Virus record (IMG/VR): IMGVR_UViG_3300042691_005779
Length of the DNA: 64,000 bases
Source: a virus
Lineage: Duplodnaviria; Heunggongvirae; Uroviricota; Caudoviricetes
Reading direction: 5' to 3' (one strand)
Part shown: piece by piece, positions 37,831-47,616 of the stretch
How the letters are laid out: the number at the start of each line of letters is the position of its first letter
How positions within the stretch are numbered: position 1 is the stretch's first letter
The notes under the pieces: generated by a model
Databases searched by the model: none
Seen by the model: the letters and a program-made list of their open reading frames with translations, nothing else
What the model was told of the DNA's origin: nothing
Position numbers and translations under genes: made by a program

Positions 37831-38445
37831 TTAATAAAAGTTAACGATGTAATTATTTCCAGAACAACCACAGTTGCTCTTTATAAAATTGTTTAACATA
37901 TTGTTTGCTTGTACATAAAGCTTGTTAGCAGTATCTACAGCACAGTTGTTTGCAGCAGCTATTGAACCTGATATCATGTAGTAGATGCTAGTCAATGTCA
38001 CTTTTGATTGTGTTTTGATAGCAAGATCACACTCCATTAAATCAAGCTTCATAAATGCATTATCAAACTTTTCCTGTATAAGCTCAGTACGCATGATGTT
38101 CTTTTCTACATTATAAGTAAGAGCAGGTGCCACTGTATACTTTAGATAGTATATGCCATCTGGTAGAGGAATCAATGGTTCACCTACAGCACTAAGTCCT
38201 AAAGATGCAGAATTGAATATATTAAAGTCATTTGGAACAAATGGTAAAGATACCACTCCAAAGTTAGGTACTGTTATTTCTATTGTAGGGGAGCTTACAA
38301 CAGGAGGATCTGTGTCATATGTTGAAGCGTCAGCAACACCCAATGTTAGGGTGTTATAGGTTGGTATTACCAGTATATCTAAGACCATGTTATTTAAAAT
38401 AAAAATGCCAGAGGATTTGAGAAATATCCTCTCACCCTCTGGCAT
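37831..38445 (-). CDS. Structural hypothetical protein, 204 aa
   Basis: ORF in the structural block. Confidence 0.45.
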   Translation of the reverse strand: MPEGERIFLKSSGIFILNNMVLDILVIPTYNTLTLGVADASTYDTDPPVVSSPTIEITVPNFGVVSLPFVPNDFNIFNSASLGLSAVGEPLIPLPDGIYYLKYTVAPALTYNVEKNIMRTELIQEKFDNAFMKLDLMECDLAIKTQSKVTLTSIYYMISGSIAAANNCAVDTANKLYVQANNMLNNFIKSNCGCSGNNYIVNFY

Positions 38446-38473
38446 AGGTTAATATGATAACTACCTTATTCTA

Positions 38474-39637
38474 TTAAGGAATCAAAGTAGTTGTTGTTGA
38501 AGTACTAGGCCAAACAGTTGTTGTGGTAGAAGTTGTTGTAATACAACCATTATCACTAGCAACAGTTCCTAAAGCACCTTCTAATACAGCTTCAATTGCA
38601 GAACTTAAGTTCTGAGGAGAAGCTATGATTACAGTGCTATCTTCCATGATATAATCACCCCACTGGTAAGTAGATTTGTCATAAGCGTTAAACTTAACAT
38701 AGTAGGTATCATAGGTAGTACCATCTGTTACCCAGCTTTCAAAGTTTTCGTTATAACCAACCATTCTGTACAAGTGCTTAAGGTAACCAGCTTGGTAGCT
38801 ATAGAAATTCTTTTCTAATTGTTGAATTTCTGCAGAAGTACCTAGAGGGTAGCTAGAGCGTTGAACGATAACAGGTTCAGCAACAAAGTTACATCTGTCA
38901 GCAACAATGAAGTCAGCAGTAGTTGCAGGACCAGAATACACGAATGTGCGGAAGTAAAATCTGTCATACTCCCAAGGGAATGCAGCAACGTCACATGGCT
39001 GACCATATACAGTTAGAGGCTTACCAGAGATAACTAATACAGCATTCTGATCATTTCCACGTCTTTGGAATTGGTAGAAAGTGTTGAAAGAAATGTTGTC
39101 TGGGTTATCACCAGGAGCTTGTTGTGTCAACTTGATGATAAACTCATCAATTAAAGCAGGCACATCAACATCAGTACAAGGATCACCACCACAGTCACAA
39201 CAAGGAGCTTGTACAGTTACTGAGCGAGTGAAACCATTGAAGTATAGGGTATCAACGTAAGAAGAATGACCACGTAAAGTTAATGTTACGATGTCACCAC
39301 ATTTAACAGTCCAACCACCAACTTCAGTTACTTGGTTAGACACTGTAGAACATCCTGTAACTTTGTACCATTCTGTTACATTTGATTTACCATTACCTCC
39401 AGAGCTTAAAGGTCCAGCAATTTTGTCTGAACGCTTAGAACCCTGTAAATAAGTATTTACTCTACCTTGAGCAACGTAGAAGTATGGAGAGTTACCAATG
39501 TTACCAGCGTTAGCCACTGTGTAATCACTAGCGAAAAATCCAACTTGACCAGCTGTTAAATCTTGTGTAGAACCAGAGCTAGGTAGAGTGTTTCCTACTG
39601 GCACCACAAAGAGCGTGGTTAATGAAAAATCAGCCAT
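38474..39637 (-). CDS. Structural protein, 387 aa, with a Thr-rich C-terminal tail (possible head fiber or auxiliary capsid protein)
   Basis: ORF; C-terminus TTTSTTTTVWPSTSTTTTLIP; CCDCGGDPC cluster. Confidence 0.45.
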   Translation of the reverse strand: MADFSLTTLFVVPVGNTLPSSGSTQDLTAGQVGFFASDYTVANAGNIGNSPYFYVAQGRVNTYLQGSKRSDKIAGPLSSGGNGKSNVTEWYKVTGCSTVSNQVTEVGGWTVKCGDIVTLTLRGHSSYVDTLYFNGFTRSVTVQAPCCDCGGDPCTDVDVPALIDEFIIKLTQQAPGDNPDNISFNTFYQFQRRGNDQNAVLVISGKPLTVYGQPCDVAAFPWEYDRFYFRTFVYSGPATTADFIVADRCNFVAEPVIVQRSSYPLGTSAEIQQLEKNFYSYQAGYLKHLYRMVGYNENFESWVTDGTTYDTYYVKFNAYDKSTYQWGDYIMEDSTVIIASPQNLSSAIEAVLEGALGTVASDNGCITTTSTTTTVWPSTSTTTTLIP

Positions 39638-39667
39638 TTTGTTTTATTTTAAATTGTAAAGAAAAAA

Positions 39668-40399
39668 TTACTCGTTTGTTTGTATTCTGTATATGGAGCT
39701 TTGAACAGCAGATTGGTTCTCTGTATACATTGCTAGGTTTTGTACTGTAAGGTCTAGTAACTCATCCTCAAGATAGGTTTCTAGTTCACAGTCAGAATTT
39801 ATAGAGTTTGTACCATCAAATCTCACGTATCCAACTTTATCTATATATTGTGGGTAACGCATGTATGAGATGTATATTTGCTTAGGTGTAAAAGTACCAT
39901 CTGTAAATATAGAAATCTCATCAGAGGATAAGGAATTGAACGTTTCTTGATATTCAAATGATGGTTTGTAATGAGTGTTGGTTAAGCAAAATTGTAAATC
40001 ACCATGCTTAGACAAGTCTCTATTAATCCATATCTTTCTATCTGTACATACACCTTTGTCTGCTAATACATAACTATCAATATAGAACATGTATTTAGGA
40101 GTGAGCAGATGAATGTCTGCAGACCATTGATTTAATTCAGCGTTCTTAATTGTTAAGTTAAGAGGTTGATGGTTATATACCATCACCAGACTTTGTAGGT
40201 CTTCATAGCGTTTTTTAAACGAGTCTAGACCTTGTCCTGATACAGTACTAAAACCATCAACCTTTTGCTTTATTAGCTTTATCTGAGCTTCATTTAACGC
40301 TAGAATTTTATCTTCTAGGTTAATTTGCTGATGTTCATTTGTTGATAGTTTATTTAGTTTCTGATCAATTTTGTATAATAAACTATCTACAGGGATCAT
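39668..40399 (-). CDS. Structural hypothetical protein, 243 aa
   Basis: ORF; 4-nt overlap with the upstream gene. Confidence 0.45.
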   Translation of the reverse strand: MIPVDSLLYKIDQKLNKLSTNEHQQINLEDKILALNEAQIKLIKQKVDGFSTVSGQGLDSFKKRYEDLQSLVMVYNHQPLNLTIKNAELNQWSADIHLLTPKYMFYIDSYVLADKGVCTDRKIWINRDLSKHGDLQFCLTNTHYKPSFEYQETFNSLSSDEISIFTDGTFTPKQIYISYMRYPQYIDKVGYVRFDGTNSINSDCELETYLEDELLDLTVQNLAMYTENQSAVQSSIYRIQTNE

Positions 40400-41361
40400 A
40401 ATGAAGCTATTTTTTTACCTTTTAATTTACCTTCTAAAGTCAATAATTGATCTTGGTTGTCATCATCTGCTAAGAACTTAACTAATTCATCTTCATCCTT
40501 AGCTATTTCAAACTCACCTTCGTAAACTTTACCATTAGGTCTCACTCTATAAATAGAATGTGCAATGGCTTGTTTAACTAAATCTTTAATATGGAGTAAG
40601 TTTTCCTTCATGTCTGCAAATCTGTTAAATACCTCAATTGGACTTAACCCTTGATATTTGCCATTCTTGAATTCTGTTTGTTTTAATAGGTTATCCACCT
40701 GATTGTATACAGCTTCTTCTTTAGAATCATCTGATACTGGGAGACCAAGTAGACGAGCTACTTTCTTCTTCTTTTCAGGAGTCATATCATCAAACTTGAT
40801 GATTGCTTTATTAATAAGTTGTTTCTTCTTGAAAATCACCTTATTCTCAATCTCATCATCAGCAACATAATATTGGATGTCTGCTGGATATTCACCACGC
40901 TCCCAAGCTTGATATGAGCTTGCAATTGTTGGATGAACTCTTAACCATGCGAACGCTAGTTCTTGTAATGGTACACTTAAGTCAAAGAAATTATCACCAT
41001 CTGATAACTTAACAGGTTGCACGTGCAGAGAGTCATCAACAGAAGTTGATAAGCCATAATTCCAGAACTGAGCACGAGGACTCAAGTCAACATTCAAAGC
41101 ATCTTCAAGCTTTTGTTTTAACTCAGTTACTCTTTCAACCTCCATCTCTCTTTCAAGAGGATCAGAGATTCTTCTGATGTAAGCAGCTTTAGGATCTAAT
41201 CCTGTTCTGTACTGACCATCTAACTCTTTGTAAGGATACTTAAATACACCTGTACCAGGGATTCTTGTATAACCTTTCATAGCAAGTCCACCTTGCATCG
41301 TTTGCAATTGTGAGTTGTTGTACTCTTTTTTAATAGTAGAGATTTTTCCTATCTTACCCAT
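40396..41361 (-). CDS. Structural hypothetical protein, 321 aa
   Basis: ORF downstream of the capsid gene. Confidence 0.45.
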   Translation of the reverse strand: MGKIGKISTIKKEYNNSQLQTMQGGLAMKGYTRIPGTGVFKYPYKELDGQYRTGLDPKAAYIRRISDPLEREMEVERVTELKQKLEDALNVDLSPRAQFWNYGLSTSVDDSLHVQPVKLSDGDNFFDLSVPLQELAFAWLRVHPTIASSYQAWERGEYPADIQYYVADDEIENKVIFKKKQLINKAIIKFDDMTPEKKKKVARLLGLPVSDDSKEEAVYNQVDNLLKQTEFKNGKYQGLSPIEVFNRFADMKENLLHIKDLVKQAIAHSIYRVRPNGKVYEGEFEIAKDEDELVKFLADDDNQDQLLTLEGKLKGKKIASL

Positions 41362-41458
41362 ATGTAGTTGTTTTTTTGTTTGGTTTATTTGCAGATGGTT
41401 CCCATCGAAGGGAATGCAGTTAACACTTAGTTAACCCATCCATCTGTGTGAGAAGACT

Positions 41459-41480
41459 CCCCCACTGGGAGGAGTGGGGG
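41459..41480 (-). terminator. Perfect 8-bp GC hairpin (CCCCCACT-gggagg-AGTGGGGG) 40 nt downstream of the capsid gene; candidate partial terminator or RNA-stability element
   Basis: The perfect inverted repeat is seen directly. The U-tract on the minus transcript is weak (AGUCUUCUC). Confidence 0.4.
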
Positions 41481-41516
41481 GGAATTCTTCTCTGTATAGT
41501 AATTCTAACCCTAAGA

Positions 41517-43070
41517 TTAGAATTGTGGTATTTCTTCGATTAACACAGTACGTGATAAATCTTCAATGAATACATCACAACGATCTTTCATCCAGATCTC
41601 ATAACCAGGGAATTTGTTCGCAGAACTCATACCTTGAGACTTAGCAAAGCCTAAGTGGTGACGAGTACCATCGATATAACCCCAAGTCATAGAAGGTGCA
41701 CCTTTCATACGTACTTCACGAATGTTGTTCACCATAGAACCATCGCTCATAGGAGATACGTCAAATACCATGAATACAGGTGTAGACTTCTTGTTCTGTC
41801 CAAATTCTAGGTTTGTTTGAGGAAGGTCTAATTCTTTTAAGTGAATTAGTTCAACACGACCAGTTTCACGTGTAACCATTGCATCGAATGCAAAGTTGTA
41901 AGTGATGTGTTGACCTTCTCCTTGTAAATATCTGTTACCAGAATCAGCCATGAAAGTAAGACCAGAATTTAAAGCATCTGTTTTTAAAGCTTGTTGGAAT
42001 ACGTCAAAGCCAGCTTCATTAGTGTACATTTTAACACGTCTGTCTTTAACATCCACACGTCTGTAGAATAAGTCACCAAATACAGCACGAATCAAGTTAG
42101 CTGTGAACTCACCACGATTGTATTGTACTAAGTTACCATTGTTACGCATTCTGTGATATACACCAGCAGAAGTACGCTTTAATTCTTGCTTAGAACCATT
42201 AGTCTTCACAGTACCAGGACGAGCCCAGATCATACGCTTAACTTTTAATTCTAACATAGACTTACGCATCCAGAACTCAATAAATGGTTCCCATTTAACA
42301 TCATTACGAGTTAAAGGTAATTGGTTACGTCTTTGAGGAGCATATACTAAGATATCCAATGGATTACCTTTGCTATCTCTCATCATTTTGTCATCAGCCC
42401 ACTCTGTAATTTTGTGCTCATAACCATATGCAGAACCTAAAGATTCAAACATAGTAATTTGCTCACCTAAACGAGGAAGACCTAATAAGTCTTGGTCAAA
42501 TTCACCAATAGCAGCGTCAACTAGTTCTAGTTCAATACCAACTTGTAAGAAAGTTGAACTTACAAAATCTACAGTTGGGTTATCACTTACTAAAGTGAAA
42601 GTGTATAAGAAACCAACGTTCCAAGGAACTGGATCTTTTACAACGTAGAAACGTGGACCATATTGACGAGTACCTACAGAAATGATTGCGTTCTTAGAGA
42701 ACTCATTAGTGTCAATCACTAATTGGAATTCTTGACCATCAATACCAGGCTTAGATAATTCCTGAGTTGAAGTTGGAACGTCAATGATTTTAGGGAACTT
42801 GTAAGGAACTTGTACTTGCCACTTCCAAGCATCACTGTTGTTGTCAATGTAGTAAGGAGTAGACTTGTTGATCATGTCTAGGAAATCATTACTGTACAAA
42901 GAACTCTGAGTATACAAACTGATGATTTTTTTATCATAATCAGCAGGCTCAGTTGAGTGAAAGCTTTCCAAGTGGTTCGCATCAGTCAATTTACCTACTG
43001 CACGCTTGTCCATAGAAGCGATCCTAGCATAGGTAAAACCAGTTAAACCTGGGATTGTTTGAATTGCCAT
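41517..43070 (-). CDS. Major capsid protein candidate (517 aa)
   Basis: Size and position: immediately downstream of the acidic scaffold-like gene, in a portal-scaffold-capsid order. Followed by a GC hairpin. No motif-level proof. Confidence 0.5.
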   Translation of the reverse strand: MAIQTIPGLTGFTYARIASMDKRAVGKLTDANHLESFHSTEPADYDKKIISLYTQSSLYSNDFLDMINKSTPYYIDNNSDAWKWQVQVPYKFPKIIDVPTSTQELSKPGIDGQEFQLVIDTNEFSKNAIISVGTRQYGPRFYVVKDPVPWNVGFLYTFTLVSDNPTVDFVSSTFLQVGIELELVDAAIGEFDQDLLGLPRLGEQITMFESLGSAYGYEHKITEWADDKMMRDSKGNPLDILVYAPQRRNQLPLTRNDVKWEPFIEFWMRKSMLELKVKRMIWARPGTVKTNGSKQELKRTSAGVYHRMRNNGNLVQYNRGEFTANLIRAVFGDLFYRRVDVKDRRVKMYTNEAGFDVFQQALKTDALNSGLTFMADSGNRYLQGEGQHITYNFAFDAMVTRETGRVELIHLKELDLPQTNLEFGQNKKSTPVFMVFDVSPMSDGSMVNNIREVRMKGAPSMTWGYIDGTRHHLGFAKSQGMSSANKFPGYEIWMKDRCDVFIEDLSRTVLIEEIPQF

Positions 43071-43105
43071 TTGTTATTCTTTTTAATTTTTGTTATATAA
43101 AATTG

Positions 43106-44380
43106 TTATTGAAACCAAGAAGTTTGTTTAGTTGCTGGTTTAGATTTCACTGAACTCTTCTGGGCTTGTCTGGCAACCTCACCAAATAATTCATTTGACT
43201 TTTTGGTAATACCTGTCTTTTGAATAGTAGATAATGTAGGATCTTTCTCCATTATCTTCATGATCAACGCAAGCTTTACTTTTGTTGCATGATTCTCAGG
43301 ACGTTTAAGCTCCAGAATAGTCTTATCAAAGTCTGTGAGAGTCTCACCAGAACTTGTTTTGTACTTGTCTGTTACTAGGAAATCTTGTAGTTCACCAGCT
43401 AGTTTTGGATTAATTGGTATGCCATCAAATTCTTTAGCTTTGAGCTTCTCCTGTAAAACTTGGTTTACATTCTGATAGTACTGCTGTTTGATAGCCTGTT
43501 GCTGTTGTAATTGAGATTCTCTTTGTTGCTCCATTTGTTGGAGCTTAGCAGCTTCTTTCTTTACTAATACTTTATGGTGCTTGGTAGCAACGTTCTCAAG
43601 GTCACCATAGTTTTTAAGTCTTTCAACTTCTGTGTCTACATCTTCTTTCTCAAAGCCTTGATCTGTAAGTGCTTGTCTAATAACAGCAATTTGATTATTC
43701 TCTTGGCTAAGGTCCATCTCTGTGAAAGATTGGATCTGATTGTAGGCACCAAAGTATTCTTTAGGATCTACACCTTTTACAAATATGGCATCGAATGCTT
43801 GTTGATAATCTTCTCCAAACTGACCAATGAAGTTGTTTACAATTTCAATAGCTCCTTTCTTCTTCTCTGCTTGGAACTTTTCCAAGAAAGCTTCTGGGGT
43901 TTCTATTGGTGCATCTTCTTCCTCATCATCATCTTTAGAGAAAACACCTAGTTTGAAAAGGTCTCTTGATAAAGCAGTGAATTGGTTTGCACCTTCTTCT
44001 TCACCTTCTTCATCACTATCTTCTTGATTATCAGCATCTTGTGCAACAGTCTTTTTAGCTGGTGCTGGTGCTGGTTCATCATCTTCCTCACCCTCTTCTT
44101 CATCTTCTCCATATAAGAAACTTTGAATATCCTTTACAGGATTCTCATCTTTCTTATCTTCTTCTGGAGCAGGCTCTGAAGCAGCTGGTTGTTTAGAAGT
44201 AGTTTTCTTAACTGGAGTGGGAGCAGGATCATCTTTAATGTCCTGAATATCATCAGGATTAGATGTTGCACTGTCAGGGCTCAATAAGTCATTTAATAAC
44301 TCTTGACTTCCCATTCCCATGTCCATAGTATCTTGAATACTAAAGTTACCCATTTGGGGCATATCTAGATTTTCAGCCAT
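43106..44380 (-). CDS. Scaffolding-like protein (424 aa): acidic D/E-rich N-terminal half, coiled-coil C-terminal half
   Basis: Composition (EDEEEGEEDDE, DSDEEGEEEG) and location directly upstream of the capsid gene. Confidence 0.45.
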   Translation of the reverse strand: MAENLDMPQMGNFSIQDTMDMGMGSQELLNDLLSPDSATSNPDDIQDIKDDPAPTPVKKTTSKQPAASEPAPEEDKKDENPVKDIQSFLYGEDEEEGEEDDEPAPAPAKKTVAQDADNQEDSDEEGEEEGANQFTALSRDLFKLGVFSKDDDEEEDAPIETPEAFLEKFQAEKKKGAIEIVNNFIGQFGEDYQQAFDAIFVKGVDPKEYFGAYNQIQSFTEMDLSQENNQIAVIRQALTDQGFEKEDVDTEVERLKNYGDLENVATKHHKVLVKKEAAKLQQMEQQRESQLQQQQAIKQQYYQNVNQVLQEKLKAKEFDGIPINPKLAGELQDFLVTDKYKTSSGETLTDFDKTILELKRPENHATKVKLALIMKIMEKDPTLSTIQKTGITKKSNELFGEVARQAQKSSVKSKPATKQTSWFQ

Positions 44381-44500
44381 ATGTAGTTGTATTTATTTGG
44401 TTTTCAAGGTGTAAAAGTATATTAAGTTAATGTAATAGCAAAGACACAAGGCTCTATATGGACTATTATTCAGTATAATATAGCATTAACTTTTTTTACT

Positions 44501-45031
44501 CTAATCTAATTTGTTAGTGAAATTGTCATTTATCAGCCTAAAGCTCCTTATTGGGGCAAGATCTGTAAGTGTAACTTGTTGAACCTCAACACCCCACTTC
44601 CTTGCTTCCACCCTAACTTTCTTACTAAGAGTGTTGTCAAGCTCTGTATCTGTACACTCTTCTAGGGTCATAGACATGATGACGTTTTTAATTATGCTTT
44701 GAGACATGTCTGACAGAGCATCTTGGGCATCATACACTTCTAGCAGAAATGTCTTGACATCTGCTATCTTATATTTAATAAGCCCCTTCACCACAATATT
44801 CTGTTTGTCTTTTGTATACAAAGATTGTGCATCTAAGCTAAGGGTTGTCACAACGACATGTTGATCTATCACCTCGTCAAAGAAGGGAAGTTTTAAATGT
44901 ATCCCTGGTTTGAGCACTGAATGAAATCTACCAAACCTAAGCAACACAGCCTCTTCATAATCTCTGATTATAATAAAAGGTATTATCTGGTACCACCAGT
45001 GTGATAAGATTTCAATCAGTTTATCAAACAT
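44501..45031 (-). CDS. SPFH / band-7 (stomatin-QmcA-like) domain protein with an N-terminal membrane anchor (176 aa)
   Basis: AVLLRFGRFHSVLKPGIHLKLPFFDEV ... VVKGLIKYKIADV ... ARKWGVEVQQVTLTDLAP matches the SPFH core pattern (RFG.F...L.PG....PF.D.V ... WGV.V....I.DL.P). Hydrophobic N-terminus IIPFIII. Confidence 0.6.
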   Translation of the reverse strand: MFDKLIEILSHWWYQIIPFIIIRDYEEAVLLRFGRFHSVLKPGIHLKLPFFDEVIDQHVVVTTLSLDAQSLYTKDKQNIVVKGLIKYKIADVKTFLLEVYDAQDALSDMSQSIIKNVIMSMTLEECTDTELDNTLSKKVRVEARKWGVEVQQVTLTDLAPIRSFRLINDNFTNKLD

Positions 45032-45033
45032 AA

Positions 45034-47616
45034 TTATTTAGTTTTCTTAGCTCTTCCTTTAGCATTCTCTTTGGCAATAGCTAGATCATTTGCTTGGTTC
45101 TCTCTGCTCACTTTAATCTTCTCTTTCTCTACGTTAAGCTTCTCCATTGCCAGCGTGTGTTTGTTTTGAATATCAGACAGCTTGGTTTGATAATCTCTCT
45201 GAGCTCTAGTTTGTTCTAAAGCTAACTTGCTGATTTCCAACACATCAGGAGTTCCTGATGCATCAATGTCTGACAATGGACCACCCTTAGACTCTGCTGC
45301 AATAAGTGCAATCTCTTTCTTATTGATTCTATCCATCTCAGCGTTGTAGTTGTCATTAGCAATCTTCTCTGCTTGTTGTTGCATTTGCAACTGTAATTGA
45401 GCTTGACCAAGTTGTTGCTGTTGTTCAAGTTCTTGTTGCTTCTGTTGTAATTGCTGATTTTGGATTTCCTCTTGTCTCTCTTTAAGTGTCTTAAATACCT
45501 TCTTCATTTGTCTGATTGAATTGGTGCTGTAAAGCTCAATTACATCATGTAATGATCCACCATTCTGAATAACAGCTTGAGACAATCCTCTAATCTCGTT
45601 GAATGCTTCTCTATCTTCAGGTCTGTTAGTTAAGTAAACTTTTAAATCTCTGAATCTAAGGTCTGTACCATTTACAGATACAAATGCAGATTCTCCCTCA
45701 TTAGTAATATAAGAGATGGTTGATTGTGGTTTCTTAGCTTCTACATACAAAGCTGCATCAATGATGGCTTGGTAAAGCTGACCCATAATATATTCATGTG
45801 CTACAAACAAAGGTTCTGTCTGAGCATAAGATTGTGTAATAGCTGCGTTGGTACCTGTAGCTGATTCACTAGCAGTTACAGATCCAAGTCTTTGTCTTGA
45901 CATACCTATAAGTTCCCAACATTCATTCTTTATCTGTTGTGCTAGAGTATATCTTGCTTGGATCTCCTGTGTACGTGTGAGGTCTAAACTGGTATATTGG
46001 TTGAAGCTAGAAGGACTCTTCAAGTTCTCTGGGCTGTCATCCACAAATACCACACCTCTGTTACGTGCTTCCATTTCCCATACATCAAGAGCATCTTGTG
46101 CATCTCCATCCTTAGGAATAGGAATGTGTCTGATAGACATTAACTGAACCTTACCCACCTCTTTCTCAAGGAGTTTATACAACTGGTTCATACAAACGTT
46201 GTATATAACTTGGAAAGGTTTCATCATGTCTACCAAGCTCTTAGCTTCTGTATTCTTCACTTCAAAGGTTTGGCCAATGATAGGACAGTAAGGTAATAAC
46301 TTGTATGGTTTGATATGATAGATGTCTGGTCCAATCTTGATACCTTGATACCATTGGTTAATCCAACCCCACTCTAGAGAAATCTCTGTAGGAATTGTCT
46401 TACTCTTATAGTTTTCATCAACAAGCATAGATTGCTCATTGCCCATTTCATCTGTGTAGATTAACTTACCAATCTTCTTCTTAGAGATCCAATAAGCTCT
46501 AACAACAACATACTTATAACCAAATGAGCTTACATTAGATGTAAGTCCCAAGAAGTCTTGAAGTCCATCATTGTTCTCTTTCATTTCAGACTCAATGATC
46601 ATTCTAGTTTGTAGAACAAGAGGGTCGTATGTATCATATTGAACAGAGTCAATACCTGGAATAGCGTTAGGATTACCAAGGTTTGATTCACGTACGTTGA
46701 TAAGACCATAGTCTTGTAAAGAACTACGTAAGTGATCTATTTCTTCTTTAGTCAGGTCAGGAATAGCTTCAATGATTTCAGATAGTTCCATAACTTGTAC
46801 AATACCAGCAGCATATGCTCCTTGTGCACGACCTGTAGGATCTGAAATCCACTTTCTATCTGGTGTAGTTAAGAACCAAGTGTTCTTAGGGTTAGCCACC
46901 TCAATGTTAAATCCAAGCTTTGAGTTGTCTTCATATATATGGAAGAACTCTCTAGCAGAGATTAGTAAGTCTCTGAATGAATCTTCTCCTTTCTCTTTTA
47001 AATTAAACTCAACCTTCTGAGATGTAAGAATGTGGTTTGCCCACTTCTCTGCTGTAGATGTGTAAGAATCTAATTCATCCTTCACCTCATCAAGAGTCAT
47101 CTGAGTTAGTTCCTCATCTTCAATCTCTTGACCTTCAGCCATAGCCTTTTGCTGTATCTTCATTTTAGCTTGACTGACAATGTAGTTATTTAACATTTCA
47201 GTTTTAAACTCTAGCTCTTCAGCTTTACTATCATCATCAAATGCTTTGACACGAAATGCGTCAGGTCTTTTGGAAATCTCTCCTACTAGTTCATTGATAG
47301 GAGTGGTCATTATAGAATAGTGTTTCACATAGGCAGGAAGTTCAAGATCTGCTGTGAGCACATCTGTAAAGCTTCTAACTTCTGGTTCAACATAAAAGTC
47401 TTCTCTTCTTAAAATACCTTTAACAAGGTCATAGTTCTTTACAAATGTATCTCTGCTCTTAACATACTCAGCATAAGCTTTGTTTGCAAAGTAGTCCATT
47501 GTGTTCTTCACCCAACTCTCATCCTGCTTCTCCTTATCAGTTTTAAACTGATCTGGAAATATGTTCAAATAGGCATACCTTATGGTAGCGTCTTTCGTAT
47601 ATCTTATAATTGCCAT
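45034..47616 (-). CDS. Portal protein candidate (860 aa)
   Basis: Large ORF immediately downstream of the terminase large subunit (TerL); C-terminal coiled-coil and Gln-rich tail; synteny only. Confidence 0.55.
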   Translation of the reverse strand: MAIIRYTKDATIRYAYLNIFPDQFKTDKEKQDESWVKNTMDYFANKAYAEYVKSRDTFVKNYDLVKGILRREDFYVEPEVRSFTDVLTADLELPAYVKHYSIMTTPINELVGEISKRPDAFRVKAFDDDSKAEELEFKTEMLNNYIVSQAKMKIQQKAMAEGQEIEDEELTQMTLDEVKDELDSYTSTAEKWANHILTSQKVEFNLKEKGEDSFRDLLISAREFFHIYEDNSKLGFNIEVANPKNTWFLTTPDRKWISDPTGRAQGAYAAGIVQVMELSEIIEAIPDLTKEEIDHLRSSLQDYGLINVRESNLGNPNAIPGIDSVQYDTYDPLVLQTRMIIESEMKENNDGLQDFLGLTSNVSSFGYKYVVVRAYWISKKKIGKLIYTDEMGNEQSMLVDENYKSKTIPTEISLEWGWINQWYQGIKIGPDIYHIKPYKLLPYCPIIGQTFEVKNTEAKSLVDMMKPFQVIYNVCMNQLYKLLEKEVGKVQLMSIRHIPIPKDGDAQDALDVWEMEARNRGVVFVDDSPENLKSPSSFNQYTSLDLTRTQEIQARYTLAQQIKNECWELIGMSRQRLGSVTASESATGTNAAITQSYAQTEPLFVAHEYIMGQLYQAIIDAALYVEAKKPQSTISYITNEGESAFVSVNGTDLRFRDLKVYLTNRPEDREAFNEIRGLSQAVIQNGGSLHDVIELYSTNSIRQMKKVFKTLKERQEEIQNQQLQQKQQELEQQQQLGQAQLQLQMQQQAEKIANDNYNAEMDRINKKEIALIAAESKGGPLSDIDASGTPDVLEISKLALEQTRAQRDYQTKLSDIQNKHTLAMEKLNVEKEKIKVSRENQANDLAIAKENAKGRAKKTK

